NCBI GenBank assembly: GCA_963712745.1
Contig: CAVQJC010000010.1
Coordinates: 1 to 64,000, forward strand
Direction of reading: 5' to 3'
Source of the DNA: an uncultured Chloroflexia bacterium
GTDB lineage: Bacteria > Chloroflexota > Limnocylindria > Limnocylindrales > CSP1-4
DNA length: 64,000 nt
Below, one piece after another: positions 41,105 to 50,151 of this stretch (the stretch's first letter is position 1; each line of letters opens with the position of its first letter). The notes beneath the pieces are model-generated. The model saw only the letters and a list, made by a program, of their open reading frames with translations, did no database searches and was not told the DNA's origin. Both the position numbers and the translations under genes were made by a program.

Positions 41105-41158
41105 CGCGGTCCAAGGCGGCCAACGTACACGGGCCGCACGTCGATGCCTCCCGCTACG
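41105..41158. repeat. Second dispersed repeat (R2), copy 1
   Basis: CGCGGTCCAAGGCGGCCAACGTAC..GGGCCGC.....GCCTCCCGCTACG matches 43223-43275. Confidence 0.75.
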
Positions 41159-41781
41159 CATGACTCTCCCCCGCTGTCCATCGGTTCCGCGGGCACGCGC
41201 ACGAAACGCCACGAGTGGCGGACCCTTCGGGGCTCCCAAGGCCATTGCCGCTCGGGCGTGGCCTCGCCCGCTAGGCGCGATCGCGGGCTGCTCGGTCCAC
41301 GACCCAGGCGGCGAGTGAGGCCCCGACCAGGCTGTCCAGGAGCCCCAGACCGAGGTCGCCGAGCGTATCCCGATTGGCTGTCGCGGCTTCGGGTGAGGTC
41401 ACGTACTCGAGCAGCTCCCAGACGATCGCCGCCGCCGCGCCGAGGTCGTCCGCTCAAGCTCGGGATCGAGCGACCGCCGTGTCCGAGGGGCCCCGCGGGG
41501 CGTGTCCACCTCGACGGCTACATCCGCAACCGCTACAGCACGAACGAGCGGCCACGCTTCCGCTGCCTGCCTGACGACGGCAAGACGCCCTCACACGGAC
41601 CAGCCGAGGACAAGGACGAAGCGAGCTGACCCGCGGGCGACCTCTACCGCTCCGTCGCGGCCCCGTCCTGCTCGCGCATCGAAGCCCTTGACCGGGTTCC
41701 CGCCGACCGCGTAGACCCGCCCGTCCTCGTCTGTGGCTGCGTCCTACACCGCGAACTTGCCAATCGCCGTACCCGGACGTA

Positions 41782-42351
41782 TCAGAGCCGAAGGCGCATG
41801 GCGCATCGGCGGTCGGCTTGCTGCCCGGCCTGGACCTCCAGCTCGAGGATGCGGCGCAGTCGGGAGCTGCACGCTTCGGGGTCGATGACCTCGTAGCCGA
41901 GCGACGCGTAGAACGGTCCGTTCCAGGGCACATCGCTGAAGGTCGTGAGGGTCAGCGCACAGGCTCCGGCGTCACGGGCCTGTGCCTCGATGCGTGCCAT
42001 GAGCCGCGAGCCGATGCCCTGCTGCTGATACGGCTCGCCGACGGCGACCTCCCAGACGTGGACCTCGTGCTCGACGAGCTCGGCACAGATGAACCCCACC
42101 GGGGCGCCGGCGATATCGGCGACCCATGACCAGCCGGCTGCGGCGAAGCGGCGATGTTGGGCCTCATCGAGCACGTCATCGCCGACGATCCACGAGAGCT
42201 CGGGGATGGTCGCGAAGGAGCGGGCTGCAGACCGCTCGACAGCGGGAAGCTGTCGGACGTCGGCGTCCGTGGTGCGGCGGATGGTGATGCGTGTCGCGTC
42301 GATGACATCCTCCTCGTCCACCACGATGCGGCGGATGGGCCGAAGTGGCAA
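41782..42351 (-). CDS. GNAT family N-acetyltransferase
   Basis: L..VERSAA..F, HVWEVAV...YQQQGIG..L and LTLTTFSDVPWNGPFY..LGY motifs. Confidence 0.9.
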   Translation of the reverse strand: MPLRPIRRIVVDEEDVIDATRITIRRTTDADVRQLPAVERSAARSFATIPELSWIVGDDVLDEAQHRRFAAAGWSWVADIAGAPVGFICAELVEHEVHVWEVAVGEPYQQQGIGSRLMARIEAQARDAGACALTLTTFSDVPWNGPFYASLGYEVIDPEACSSRLRRILELEVQAGQQADRRCAMRLRL

Positions 42352-42455
42352 TACCCGGGGACCCGCTTGACGCGGGGAGCGGCAGGTGCGTGCTTCGCCA
42401 GGCCGGCTCGCCTACGAGGCAGAGATGCAGCGAGTACCGCTGTCAAACGTCGAGT

Positions 42456-42500
42456 ACCGCTGAAAGAGAGCGGGTCATGTCTGGTCGTCGCCACCATGGC
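42456..42500 (+). repeat. Cassette module copy e (right arm + linker)
   Basis: AGAGCGGG-TCATGTCTGGT(42475)-CGTCGCCACCATGGC. Confidence 0.8.
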
Positions 42501-42539
42501 GATGCACGCGCTGCAGGCGGCCGAGGCGGCACGATGTCG

Positions 42540-43174
42540 CTATTCGGTGGGCCAGTCGGCGCTGTAGTTCAGCATGCCCTCGGACATGACCGGAACCGGA
42601 GTCCCCGGCTGAGACAGCGGTTCGGCTTCGAAGATGTAGCCCTCGTAGGTCAGTTCGTAGGGACCGTGGGCCAGCACCTCGGCCGTCCCGTGCAACAGTG
42701 CGTAGAGGCCCTCGTAGGCGCCCTCGCCTTCGAGCCTGTAGAAGCCGTACTGGTCCTCGCCGGAACCAGCCTTGACGAAGCGCCCACTCCCGTGCCAACT
42801 CCCGTCCTCGTCCTCCGGCAGGTGGTTGGTGGTGGTCGTGACCGCGCCCTTCTCCGTGTCCCAGTCATAGACCATCTGGTAGCGCGCCGTGAACCAGTGC
42901 CTGGCCGGAAGACGGGGGTCGCTCCACTCGACCGACTGCTCGATGAGGCCAACGGGCGCATCACACACTCTGGAGTAGCCACGCACGTCGGGACACGGGC
43001 TCGGCTCCGGTTCGTCCGCTGCCGACACACCGTCGTGAGCCCACTGCTCGACCACGGTCACGATGACGAAGGTACGGGTGCCGGTTCCTCGTCCTGCGCA
43101 GCCACAGTCACGGACAGACCACCGACCAGCATCAGGATGACCGCCCCAACCAGAGATAGTCGGAATTGACGCAT
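42540..43174 (-). CDS. Secreted hypothetical protein (frameshift near 43060), paralog of 53079-53342 and 54021-54569
   Basis: Signal peptide MRQFRLSLVGAV..VAAQD in one frame; mature part with SDPRL, GSW.G, L.GEGAYEGL.A and Y.GYIF in the next. Confidence 0.6.
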
Positions 43175-43222
43175 GACAAGCCTCCTCGGCTCGTACACGG
43201 GTCGGGTTCGCCAGTGGCTCAT

Positions 43223-43275
43223 CGCGGTCCAGGCGGCCAACGTACGTGGGCCGCGTCTCGCAGCCTCCCGCTACG
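43223..43275. repeat. Second dispersed repeat (R2), copy 2, upstream of the minus-strand gene starting at 43174
   Basis: CGCGGTCCAGGCGGCCAACGTACGTGGGCCGCG....GCCTCCCGCTACG. Confidence 0.75.
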
Positions 43276-43319
43276 TAGATCCTCCCGCGGGCGTCTACCA
43301 GCCCCGAGTGCTACTCCAG

Positions 43320-43424
43320 AATCGCCACGTATGACGGGTTTGGCCTGATCGTCGCCGCCAGGGCGACGTACGGCCCAGCGCCGTCCGGCCCTTGACCCGC
43401 AGGGCAGGGCGCGGAGGATGGGGA
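43320..43424 (+). repeat. Cassette module copy f (full)
   Basis: AATCGCCACGT-ATGACGGG-TTTGGCCTGAT-CGTCGCCGCCAGGGC...CCGTCCGGCCC-TTGACC(43392)-N16-GAGGAT. Confidence 0.85.
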
Positions 43425-43445
43425 CGCACGAGGGAGGACCCGAGA

Positions 43446-43620
43446 TGCGGCATCTCCTCGCGACCTCGACCGCCCTCGCCCTCGCGAGCCCGCGACCTGC
43501 TTGGGCGCGTCCTGGAGGCAGAGTCCCGCCTCCTCGGGCTCGAGCACCCGCACACGCTCAACACCAGTGACAGTCTGGCGGCACTGGGAGTGCCTGACCC
43601 AGAGGCGACCGACCGACTAG
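43446..43620 (+). pseudogene. Chimeric relic: signal-peptide start followed by a TPR (kinesin light chain-type) fragment
   Basis: GGGAGG RBS then MRHLLATSTALALA; another frame reads RVLEAESRLLGLEHPHTLNTSDSLA. Confidence 0.45.
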
Positions 43621-43649
43621 GACTGGCCGACTCGAGGGGTCCACCCATG

Positions 43650-43679
43650 AATCGCCATGAACAGCGGGTCATGTCTGGT
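43650..43679 (+). repeat. Cassette module copy g (30-bp dyad only)
   Basis: AATCGCCATGA-ACAGCGGG-TCATGTCTGGT; similarity stops at the end of the right arm. Confidence 0.85.
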
Positions 43680-43863
43680 GAGTACTTCCGCTCTGGGCTC
43701 GCGCCGCTCGGCCGTCTCCGACGGCGGCCGCAGATGGTCCGAGGCTTGTGGCATCATCACCCGCGCCCTGCAGCTCGCTGTCAGCCCTGAGGGGTCCGGT
43801 CGCGTCCGTACGCAGGCTCCGGGGATTGACATCTGCGCTGGCTCGTGAGGGAGATCCCGTCAA

Positions 43864-44955
43864 GTGTCGACCTGGCTCGTCGAATCTGAGTATTCGCTCG
43901 CCTTCTTCGTCGTGCTCGTGCTCCTACTGCTGGCCCCGTGGCTTTCACGCCAGTACGCGAGATACGGCCGCCTGACGGGCTGGCCGGGACTACTGTCCGC
44001 CGGCACCGTGGCCTACGTCTGCGCCCTGGTGGCGTTCACGCTCTTCCCGGTGCCGCAGCTCAGCCCCGAGATCTGCGCAGACCAGGTCCCGGGCGCACAT
44101 CTTCGCCTCATGCCCCTGCAATCCTTCGCGGGCGCCTGGGCCGAGGTCGGCCGCATCGGCCCGGTCGCGTCGCTGACCTCGTTCGCTACGCTCCAGATCG
44201 TCTTCAACGTGGTGTTCTTCGTGCCGCTGGGGTTCCTGCTCGGTCACCGCTGGCGGAAGGGCCTGGTCACGACCTTCCTGATCGGCTTCGGGGTCTCGCT
44301 GCTCATCGAGTCGACGCAGGGCTCGGCTGTCTGGGGCCTCTTCCCGTGTCCATACCGGGTAGCGGAGGTTGACGACCTCATCACGAACACGACCGGCGCG
44401 GCTATCGGCTGGCTCGTGGCTTTCATCCTGCGCGATCGCCTGCCCGACCCCGATCCGAAGGCGGTCGCCGACGCTGCATCGCCCGGACTGATCCGGCGAG
44501 CCGGAGCAGTCCTCATCGACGTGCTCGTCATCTTCGAGATCGTCATCATCAGCGCGCTCATCGCGCTCGGCGTTCTGCTGGCCTTCGATGCCACCGGGGC
44601 CCAGGTCCTCGACGGCGCGGAGCTTGCCATCGATGCCGTCCAGCTGGTCGTCCTCGGGCTCCTCCTCGTGGTCGTTCCCAGCCGGCGGGCGGACCGCGCG
44701 ACGCCGGGGACAGCCGCCCTGCACCTTGCGGTGAGCGCGAGCGACGGCTCCCCGGCACGTCTCCATCAGCTGTTGATACGAGCCATGATCCGCTACCTGC
44801 CCCTACTGATCATCGGGCTGCCATGGGTGGCGTTCGGACTCCTGGACCTCCTGGTCGCCCTACTCCGCGCCGACCGCCGAACGTTGACGGACCTGGTCTC
44901 GAGTACCGTGACGGTGACCCGGACCACCCGGCAGACACGACGGCAGTCCGCGTAG
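43864..44955 (+). CDS. VanZ family membrane protein with C-terminal RDD domain
   Basis: FTLFP.P, Q..FNV.FFVPLG, SLLIE.TQ, CPYR...VDDLITNT.G, then RRA.A.LID and T.G. Confidence 0.88.
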   Translation: MSTWLVESEYSLAFFVVLVLLLLAPWLSRQYARYGRLTGWPGLLSAGTVAYVCALVAFTLFPVPQLSPEICADQVPGAHLRLMPLQSFAGAWAEVGRIGPVASLTSFATLQIVFNVVFFVPLGFLLGHRWRKGLVTTFLIGFGVSLLIESTQGSAVWGLFPCPYRVAEVDDLITNTTGAAIGWLVAFILRDRLPDPDPKAVADAASPGLIRRAGAVLIDVLVIFEIVIISALIALGVLLAFDATGAQVLDGAELAIDAVQLVVLGLLLVVVPSRRADRATPGTAALHLAVSASDGSPARLHQLLIRAMIRYLPLLIIGLPWVAFGLLDLLVALLRADRRTLTDLVSSTVTVTRTTRQTRRQSA

Positions 44956-45182
44956 GGTCGGCGACGGACGGGGCGCCGCGGAGGTGGCTCTGCCAGACCA
45001 TGACCACCGACATGACATGCAAGGCCGCGACGCCCGAACCGACGACAGCAGGGAGTTCCGCGTTCGATCCCCAAGTGTGCTCCGTCGACATCCCGGGCCA
45101 GCGCGGCCTTCGCTTCGACTGGCACACGCGGAGGCCATACGGTCTGGGCGATGAGAGCCGACCCGAGGGCTCCGAAAGTCAG

Positions 45183-45212
45183 GATCGCCATGCGTAGCGG
45201 GTTTGGTCTGGT
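45183..45212 (+). repeat. Cassette module copy h (30-bp dyad only)
   Basis: GATCGCCATGC-GTAGCGGG-TTTGGTCTGGT. Confidence 0.85.
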
Positions 45213-45240
45213 GCGTTCACGCTCTGCGCAAGCGGATCTG

Positions 45241-46285
45241 TCAATCAGCGGTCCGCCACAGCTCCCAGACGGGTGGGCGGCGAACGATGGACAGCTCCCT
45301 GATCTCGTCACCCCGCTGCAGCTTGAGGTCGAGGTTCTGCCCGATCGCTCCCTCTGGCACGTCCATGCTGGTCTCAACCGGCCGGCCGTCCGCCTCAAGG
45401 ATGATATCGCCGACCTGGACGCCGGCCGCATCCGCTGCGCCACCGGGGACGACACCGTTGATGAGGTTCGGAGTGATGGAGTAGTCCATCCGGATCCCGA
45501 GCCAGCCGAGCTGCGGACAGAGGTCTCCTGGCTCAGGCACCACGCCATCGAGCAGGAACTGCAGCAGTCGCTCGTCGAGGCACGGGTCGACGCCGGCCAA
45601 GGCGACTGCGTGACCGGACCCGTCCCAGGTCAGCAGGGTCGCGTTCGGCCCCAGCTCCTCGGCCAGGGCGACACTCCACGCATAGGGCGTGATGGCATCG
45701 TACGAGTTGCCCACCACCACGATCGGGGCCGAGCCGGTGTAGTCCACGGCCGGGATACCGGAGCCCGAGACAGGCCACAGATCGCAGGGCACACTCCAGA
45801 CCGGGCCGGCGTTGGGTGCCAGCGCGAAGGTCCGCTCCGCCTCCTCGAGCAGGTCCGCGGAGGTACCCGCGTACGGGCTCCCGTCCGCGCAGATGACAGC
45901 CTCGCGTGAAGCCGCACCTCCCGCAGGAGCCGCGAAGAAGCTGGTCACGTCCAGCAGCGAACCATCGCCATCGAGCGCCATGGCCAGCCCGGGGGCCACA
46001 TCGAGGATGACCCGGGGGAAGGTGTACAGCGCGTCGATGGCAGCCTCGAACCGTGGTTCCTCCAACGACCCGATGTCGCCGTGCCTGATGAGCTCGTCAC
46101 GGACCTTTGCGATGGCCGACAGGAGCCCGATGTCCGACACGGGACACGCCTCCCACGCGTCACACGAGCGATCAAGGCGCTGCAACTGGTCCTCGAAGGC
46201 CTCGGCTCGCCTGTCGCTGTTGACGAGTGCGGGGTCGTTGACGACCGCAGAGTCCAGGACCACGGTCCCTGCGCGCGGCGGCGAA
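45241..46285 (-). pseudogene. N-terminally truncated alpha/beta-hydrolase (TAP-like) with C-terminal PDZ domain
   Basis: Starts at (M)VLDS, just after where the GxSYG nucleophile region would be. Retains GNSYDAITPY and GSGH, plus PDZ-like GG.ADAAGVQVGD.I...DG. The 5' end abuts module i. Confidence 0.7.
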
Positions 46286-46289
46286 GGCT

Positions 46290-46361
46290 AATCGCGTTGA
46301 ACAACGGGTGATGTCTGGTCGTCGCCACAATGGCAAGGCGCGCCGCTGTCCGTCCGGCCCT
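46290..46361 (+). repeat. Cassette module copy i (dyad + linker + hairpin, -35 lost)
   Basis: AATCGCGTTGA-ACAACGGG-TGATGTCTGGT-CGTCGCCACAATGGCAAGGCGCGCCGC..CCGTCCGGCCC. Confidence 0.85.
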
Positions 46362-46662
46362 GCGTCTACGCGCGAGACGCATCTACGCTGGTGCAGCAGT
46401 CTTCTCGGCATTCCTCGCGGCCGACTCCATCGACCTGGTCCCACCCGACGAGACTGAGACCCGCCCGGTCATCACTGACCTCGGCCCTGTCATCGAGGCC
46501 GGCCGCATCGTGCGACCTGAGGTGGGCTTCGCGGTCACGTTCCCCGACGACTGGACCGTCCGGGAACCGACACCCGCGGGCGCAGCGTCGCTGATGGCGG
46601 GCTCGGACCCTCGCGCGGACGCCCAGCTGCTGGCCGACTCCGCAGAACGAGGTGAGGTCTGC
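46362..46662 (+). pseudogene. N-terminal fragment of the EAGFA..FP..W family, cut at module j
   Basis: TM, then GRIVRPEVGFAVTFPDDW...EVC, running directly into the module j spacer. Confidence 0.65.
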
Positions 46663-46740
46663 ACGGGTGATGCCTGGTCGTCGTCGCTGCGCCGCCGGGC
46701 CGTCCGGCCCTTGACCCACCGGGTGGCGCGCACAGGATAG
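46662..46740 (+). repeat. Cassette module copy j (left arm replaced by coding DNA)
   Basis: ACGGG-TGATGCCTGGT(46668)-CGTCG..GCCGCCGGGCCGTCCGGCCC-TTGACC(46711)-N16-CAGGAT. Confidence 0.85.
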
Positions 46741-46765
46741 GTCGTATCCGCACTGGGGGACCGTC

Positions 46766-47524
46766 ATGCACCGGTACCTGGCTATCCTCACGCTCGGGCT
46801 CCTGACGGCGATTCTGTCGGGGTGCCAGCTGCTCGGGGCACTCCTGCCCGATGGCGCGGGCGGACTCCCCATGGCAGGGACCTGCGCCACCTATCAGGTG
46901 GTCGCTACCGAGGACCGGGCGGCCACCCCGGAGATCCTCGAGCAGACGCGAACGATCATCGCGAATCGCGTCAACGCCACCGGTGTGGCAGAGCCTGTCG
47001 TCGTCACCCAGGGCGAGGACCGCATCTCGGTCGACCTAACAGGGCTGGAGGCCGAGTCCGACTTCGGCAGCGTCAGGAGCCTCATCGGCACGACCGGTGT
47101 GCTCGAGTTCACCCCGGTCCCACCCGCTTGTGCATCCGAGGTCCTCCAAGGTGCTCGACTGCCTGCGTGCATGCTCGGCGTCGAACCGATCTTCGATGGC
47201 ACCGAAATCGCGGCAGCCCGCGTCGAACAGGACCAGACCACCAGCGAGATCGTGGTCAACCTCGAGCTCAAGGACAACGGCGCACGCCTCTTCGACGAGC
47301 ACGCCGCCGACCACTTCGGCGAGCAATTCGCCATCGTCCTCGACGGCATCGTCGAGTCGGCGCCCTCCATCAACGCCAGGCGCTTCGGTGGCCAGGCTCA
47401 GATAAGCGGCGACTTCACCATCGAGCAGGCCACCAACCTGATCGCGGTCATGAGGTACGGCCCCCTGCCCCTGGAGATCCGCGAGGTCGGCTTCGGCGCA
47501 TGTGAGCCGCTGGGCTCGTCCTGA
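46766..47524 (+). CDS. Lipoprotein consisting of a stand-alone SecD/SecDF P1 head domain
   Basis: Lipobox ILSGC; II.NRVNA.GVAEPVV..QG.DRI.V.L, G.LEF, AIVLDG.V.SAP.I, QISGDFT..A..L...R.G.LP; no SecD TM bundle. Confidence 0.8.
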   Translation: MHRYLAILTLGLLTAILSGCQLLGALLPDGAGGLPMAGTCATYQVVATEDRAATPEILEQTRTIIANRVNATGVAEPVVVTQGEDRISVDLTGLEAESDFGSVRSLIGTTGVLEFTPVPPACASEVLQGARLPACMLGVEPIFDGTEIAAARVEQDQTTSEIVVNLELKDNGARLFDEHAADHFGEQFAIVLDGIVESAPSINARRFGGQAQISGDFTIEQATNLIAVMRYGPLPLEIREVGFGACEPLGSS

Positions 47525-47635
47525 GCGGAGCGGGGCGTACGGGCCAGCCAGCCGGGGCCACGACACCGACGACCAGTCTGCGCAGGTCGTCGGGCTCACC
47601 TCTTCGACTCACGGACTGCGGCAAGGCACCGGCCA

Positions 47636-47736
47636 AACCGCCATGCATAGAGGGTGATGTCTGGTCGTCGCCGCCATGGCATCGCACGCTGCCGGGCCCT
47701 CCGGCCCTTGACCTATTGAACGGGACGGCGAGGATG
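47636..47736 (+). repeat. Cassette module copy k (full)
   Basis: AACCGCCATGC-ATAGAGGG-TGATGTCTGGT-CGTCGCCGCCATGGC...GCCGGGCCCTCCGGCCC-TTGACC(47708)-N16-GAGGAT. Confidence 0.9.
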
Positions 47737-47755
47737 TAGGCCAAGGGGGGTGCAC

Positions 47756-48439
47756 ATGCCCGACGGCCTGGTGCTGGTCATCCTGCTAGCGGTCGTCCTC
47801 TCGCTCGTGGGGACGGTGGGACGAGGACCGCGTCGGCAGGGCGTCGAGACCAAGACCGTGCGCTACAGCGCCCGGACCATCGACGATGCGCAGCGCCGCT
47901 ATTCTGCGGACGCCACCCTCTTCACGAGCACCGGCTGGGCCGTCCACTCGGTGGCCTGGGACGTGCAGGCGCAGCGGCCGACCCTGGTGGCGACCTATGC
48001 ACGGTTCGCTGGGGAGGACCCACGCCTGGAGCTGGCTGAGTGGTCGCTGCGATCGCTGGCCGGGTTCCGCAGGTACGCCGCGGCCATCCTGACTGCGATC
48101 GCCGTTCCCGTCATCGCGTCGGTCCTGCTCGAAGACACCGGCGTGTCCACCGGCGTCGGTGCCGTCGCGATGCTGTCGTTGCTCGTCCTCGGGGTCGTCT
48201 TCGGGGTGCGCTCGGAGCATCTGGCCAAGGGACCGGACAAGTGGCTCGATTGGTCGGTGGTCATCGTCGGAGCGATCCTCGGAGGCTTCGCTGTCCTCGT
48301 GTTCGTCGTGTTCGTCGCCATGTTCGGCAGCCTCTTTGGGCTGTACACGGCAGCCGCGGTGTTCGGCGCCTGGCTCGCGCTGCGCTCGGCCATCGCGGGA
48401 GCACGGATGCTCACCTCTCGGCGACAGCGGCCAGCCTGA
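47756..48439 (+). CDS. Hypothetical membrane protein
   Basis: N-terminal TM, soluble ADA...GW...S.AWD...LVATY segment, four C-terminal TMs; directly behind module k. Confidence 0.65.
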   Translation: MPDGLVLVILLAVVLSLVGTVGRGPRRQGVETKTVRYSARTIDDAQRRYSADATLFTSTGWAVHSVAWDVQAQRPTLVATYARFAGEDPRLELAEWSLRSLAGFRRYAAAILTAIAVPVIASVLLEDTGVSTGVGAVAMLSLLVLGVVFGVRSEHLAKGPDKWLDWSVVIVGAILGGFAVLVFVVFVAMFGSLFGLYTAAAVFGAWLALRSAIAGARMLTSRRQRPA

Positions 48440-48505
48440 CCTTCTTTGGCGCGGGCAAGGTTCGTTCCGTGAACCTTGCATGAGCACACCCGTTCCCGCG
48501 CCGCA

Positions 48506-48556
48506 ACGCCGCCGGGTCGTCCAGCCCTTCACCCGCGGAGCGGGGTGCGGAGGATC
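48506..48556 (+). repeat. Cassette module copy l (degenerate promoter half)
   Basis: ACGCCGCCGGGTCGTCCAGCCC-TTCACC-N16-GAGGAT. Confidence 0.75.
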
Positions 48557-48805
48557 GGGTGACAAGCCGGTTGGGGGGCGTAATGGCAAAGCGAGTGGGG
48601 CTGCTGGCTGGGTTGGTGGTGGTCTTGACGCTGGGGACTGGGGTGGTGGCGCAGGAGCCGATGCCAGAGCCGCCACCGTGGTTCGGCGGCCGTGCCGTCT
48701 CGCGGAGGTAGCGCCGTCGACTCGTCGTCCCGGTGGACATGGCGGTTGGCGGGGAGTAGCGTTCCGGCCTTGACATGCTGGGGGCTGGCATCCGGAGGTC
48801 TTGTT

Positions 48806-49828
48806 ATGGATCGAAAGAGGTCGCATCTTCGATCGGCTACCGTGGTGGCCCTGGCAATCTCACTGCCTGGAGCGGTCGTCGCGCAGGACATGCCAGCCTC
48901 GCCCGAGGGGCGGACATGGGAGCTTGCCGCGTACATGGACGATGCCGGCATGGCCACGGTGCCGGACGACCCGACCGCGACCCTCATGCTGGTTGACGGC
49001 GTCGCGTCGGGCAGCGCCGGCTGCAACCAGTTCTCCGGCAGCTACGAGCTCGACGGTGCATCGCTCACGTTCGCGCCGGAGTTGGCGCTGACGATGATGG
49101 CCTGCAAACCAGCGGCGGAGGAACTCGAGACTGCGTACATGGCCCTGCTGCCGACGACGAACTCGTGGCAGTCGACCGACGCGGGGCTCCAGCTCCTCGA
49201 TGCCGAAGGTGCCGTCATCCTCGAGTACACCGGGCAGGAGCCGGATCTCGCGACGGTAGTCGCGCTGCTGGAGGCGTTGCGCGCCGAGGTGAGCGAGCTG
49301 CGGTCACGCGTCGATGCGCTCGAGGCGACCGAAACCGCAGATGGCGGGTCCCAGGCAGGTGGCAGCGAGCGAGCCAGCAAGCCCACGGCTCCGAGGTCGC
49401 GAGGCAAGGTCAAGACCCGGTTTCCCGCCTGGATGCGCGATGGCGTCCCGCCGGACCGGATCGAGGACCTGAACCGTGAGGTCGTCCGCTGGCGCGACCG
49501 CGCCGACGACGAGGATGGCTTCCGCGTCTATGCCCGTCGTGGCTTCTGCGAGCTCAGGCCCGGCTCCGACCCGAACCAGCCAGTGGGCGAGGACGACTTC
49601 CGGCGCTCACGTACGAAGGCCGCGCTGATAGAAGAGCTGCCCGCCGACACGAACCGCTATCGGCCCGACCACGAGGCCATCGACGCGGCCCTGCCGGAGG
49701 TGCCGGAATCGCCCTACTCGAACGACCAGTTCTACGACCTGTACGTCGCCGCGTTCAACGACGCCGGTGAGACGAAGCCGGTGCGGGTCGCGTCGTTCTT
49801 CCTGACGCCGGAGTTCCGCTGCCCGTAG
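48806..49828 (+). CDS. Secreted META (HslJ-like) domain protein with coiled coil and C-terminal FN3-like region
   Basis: Signal peptide, W.L, G.AGCN.F.G.Y, TMMAC and E.AY...L; C-terminal W.D.ADDEDGFRVY...Y.V.AFN.AG. Confidence 0.8.
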   Translation: MDRKRSHLRSATVVALAISLPGAVVAQDMPASPEGRTWELAAYMDDAGMATVPDDPTATLMLVDGVASGSAGCNQFSGSYELDGASLTFAPELALTMMACKPAAEELETAYMALLPTTNSWQSTDAGLQLLDAEGAVILEYTGQEPDLATVVALLEALRAEVSELRSRVDALEATETADGGSQAGGSERASKPTAPRSRGKVKTRFPAWMRDGVPPDRIEDLNREVVRWRDRADDEDGFRVYARRGFCELRPGSDPNQPVGEDDFRRSRTKAALIEELPADTNRYRPDHEAIDAALPEVPESPYSNDQFYDLYVAAFNDAGETKPVRVASFFLTPEFRCP

Positions 49829-49860
49829 GCAAGGCCGGCTCCAAGAAGGCATGGAGATAA

Positions 49861-49890
49861 TCGCCGTCGCCGTCGCCGTCGCCGTCGCCG
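49861..49890. repeat. Hexanucleotide microsatellite (TCGCCG)5
   Basis: tcgccgtcgccgtcgccgtcgccgtcgccg. Confidence 0.85.
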
Positions 49891-50045
49891 AAATCGACCG
49901 CGCGGCCAAGCATCGCTGACCGCCTCCTTCGATGTATCCCCGACCTCGACGTCGCGGGATTGTCGGCGGTCCGATCACGCCCGATCCCCGCATCCCATGG
50001 CCAAGCCAACCCTACTGCCCGGACACATCCTCCGGAGTCATCCGA

Positions 50046-50150
50046 AATCGCCATGCATAGCGGGTTTGGCCTGGTCGTCGCCACCATGGCAAGGCGCGCC
50101 GCCGGGCCGTCCGGCCCTTGACCCGCTGAGCGGGGGGCGGAGGATGGGGC
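50046..50150 (+). repeat. Cassette module copy m (full, closest to consensus)
   Basis: AATCGCCATGC-ATAGCGGG-TTTGGCCTGGT-CGTCGCCACCATGGCAAGGCGCGCCGCCGGGCCGTCCGGCCC-TTGACC(50118)-N16-GAGGAT. Confidence 0.92.
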
Positions 50151-50151
50151 C

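Noticed and set aside
41084-41111. Reverse-strand GACCGCGCCGA-GTAGCC-CTATGTCAACC as a canonical 11-6-11 dif site
   Set aside because: It is better explained as the IS110 right end carrying a -35 TTGACA, and the left arm lacks the inner dyad. Worth rechecking if the terminus maps here.
41480-41630. Possible transposase zinc-ribbon scrap (CPRG...RVHLDG...RPRFRC)
   Set aside because: Too short and degenerate to assign without a database search.
50053-50121. Module encodes a 22-aa peptide (MHSGFGLVVATMARRAAGPSGP*; similar in copy n)
   Set aside because: Copies k and i have an in-frame TGA at codon 5, copy f lacks the ATG, and the 10-bp deletions in a, d and j break the frame. The constraint looks DNA-level.
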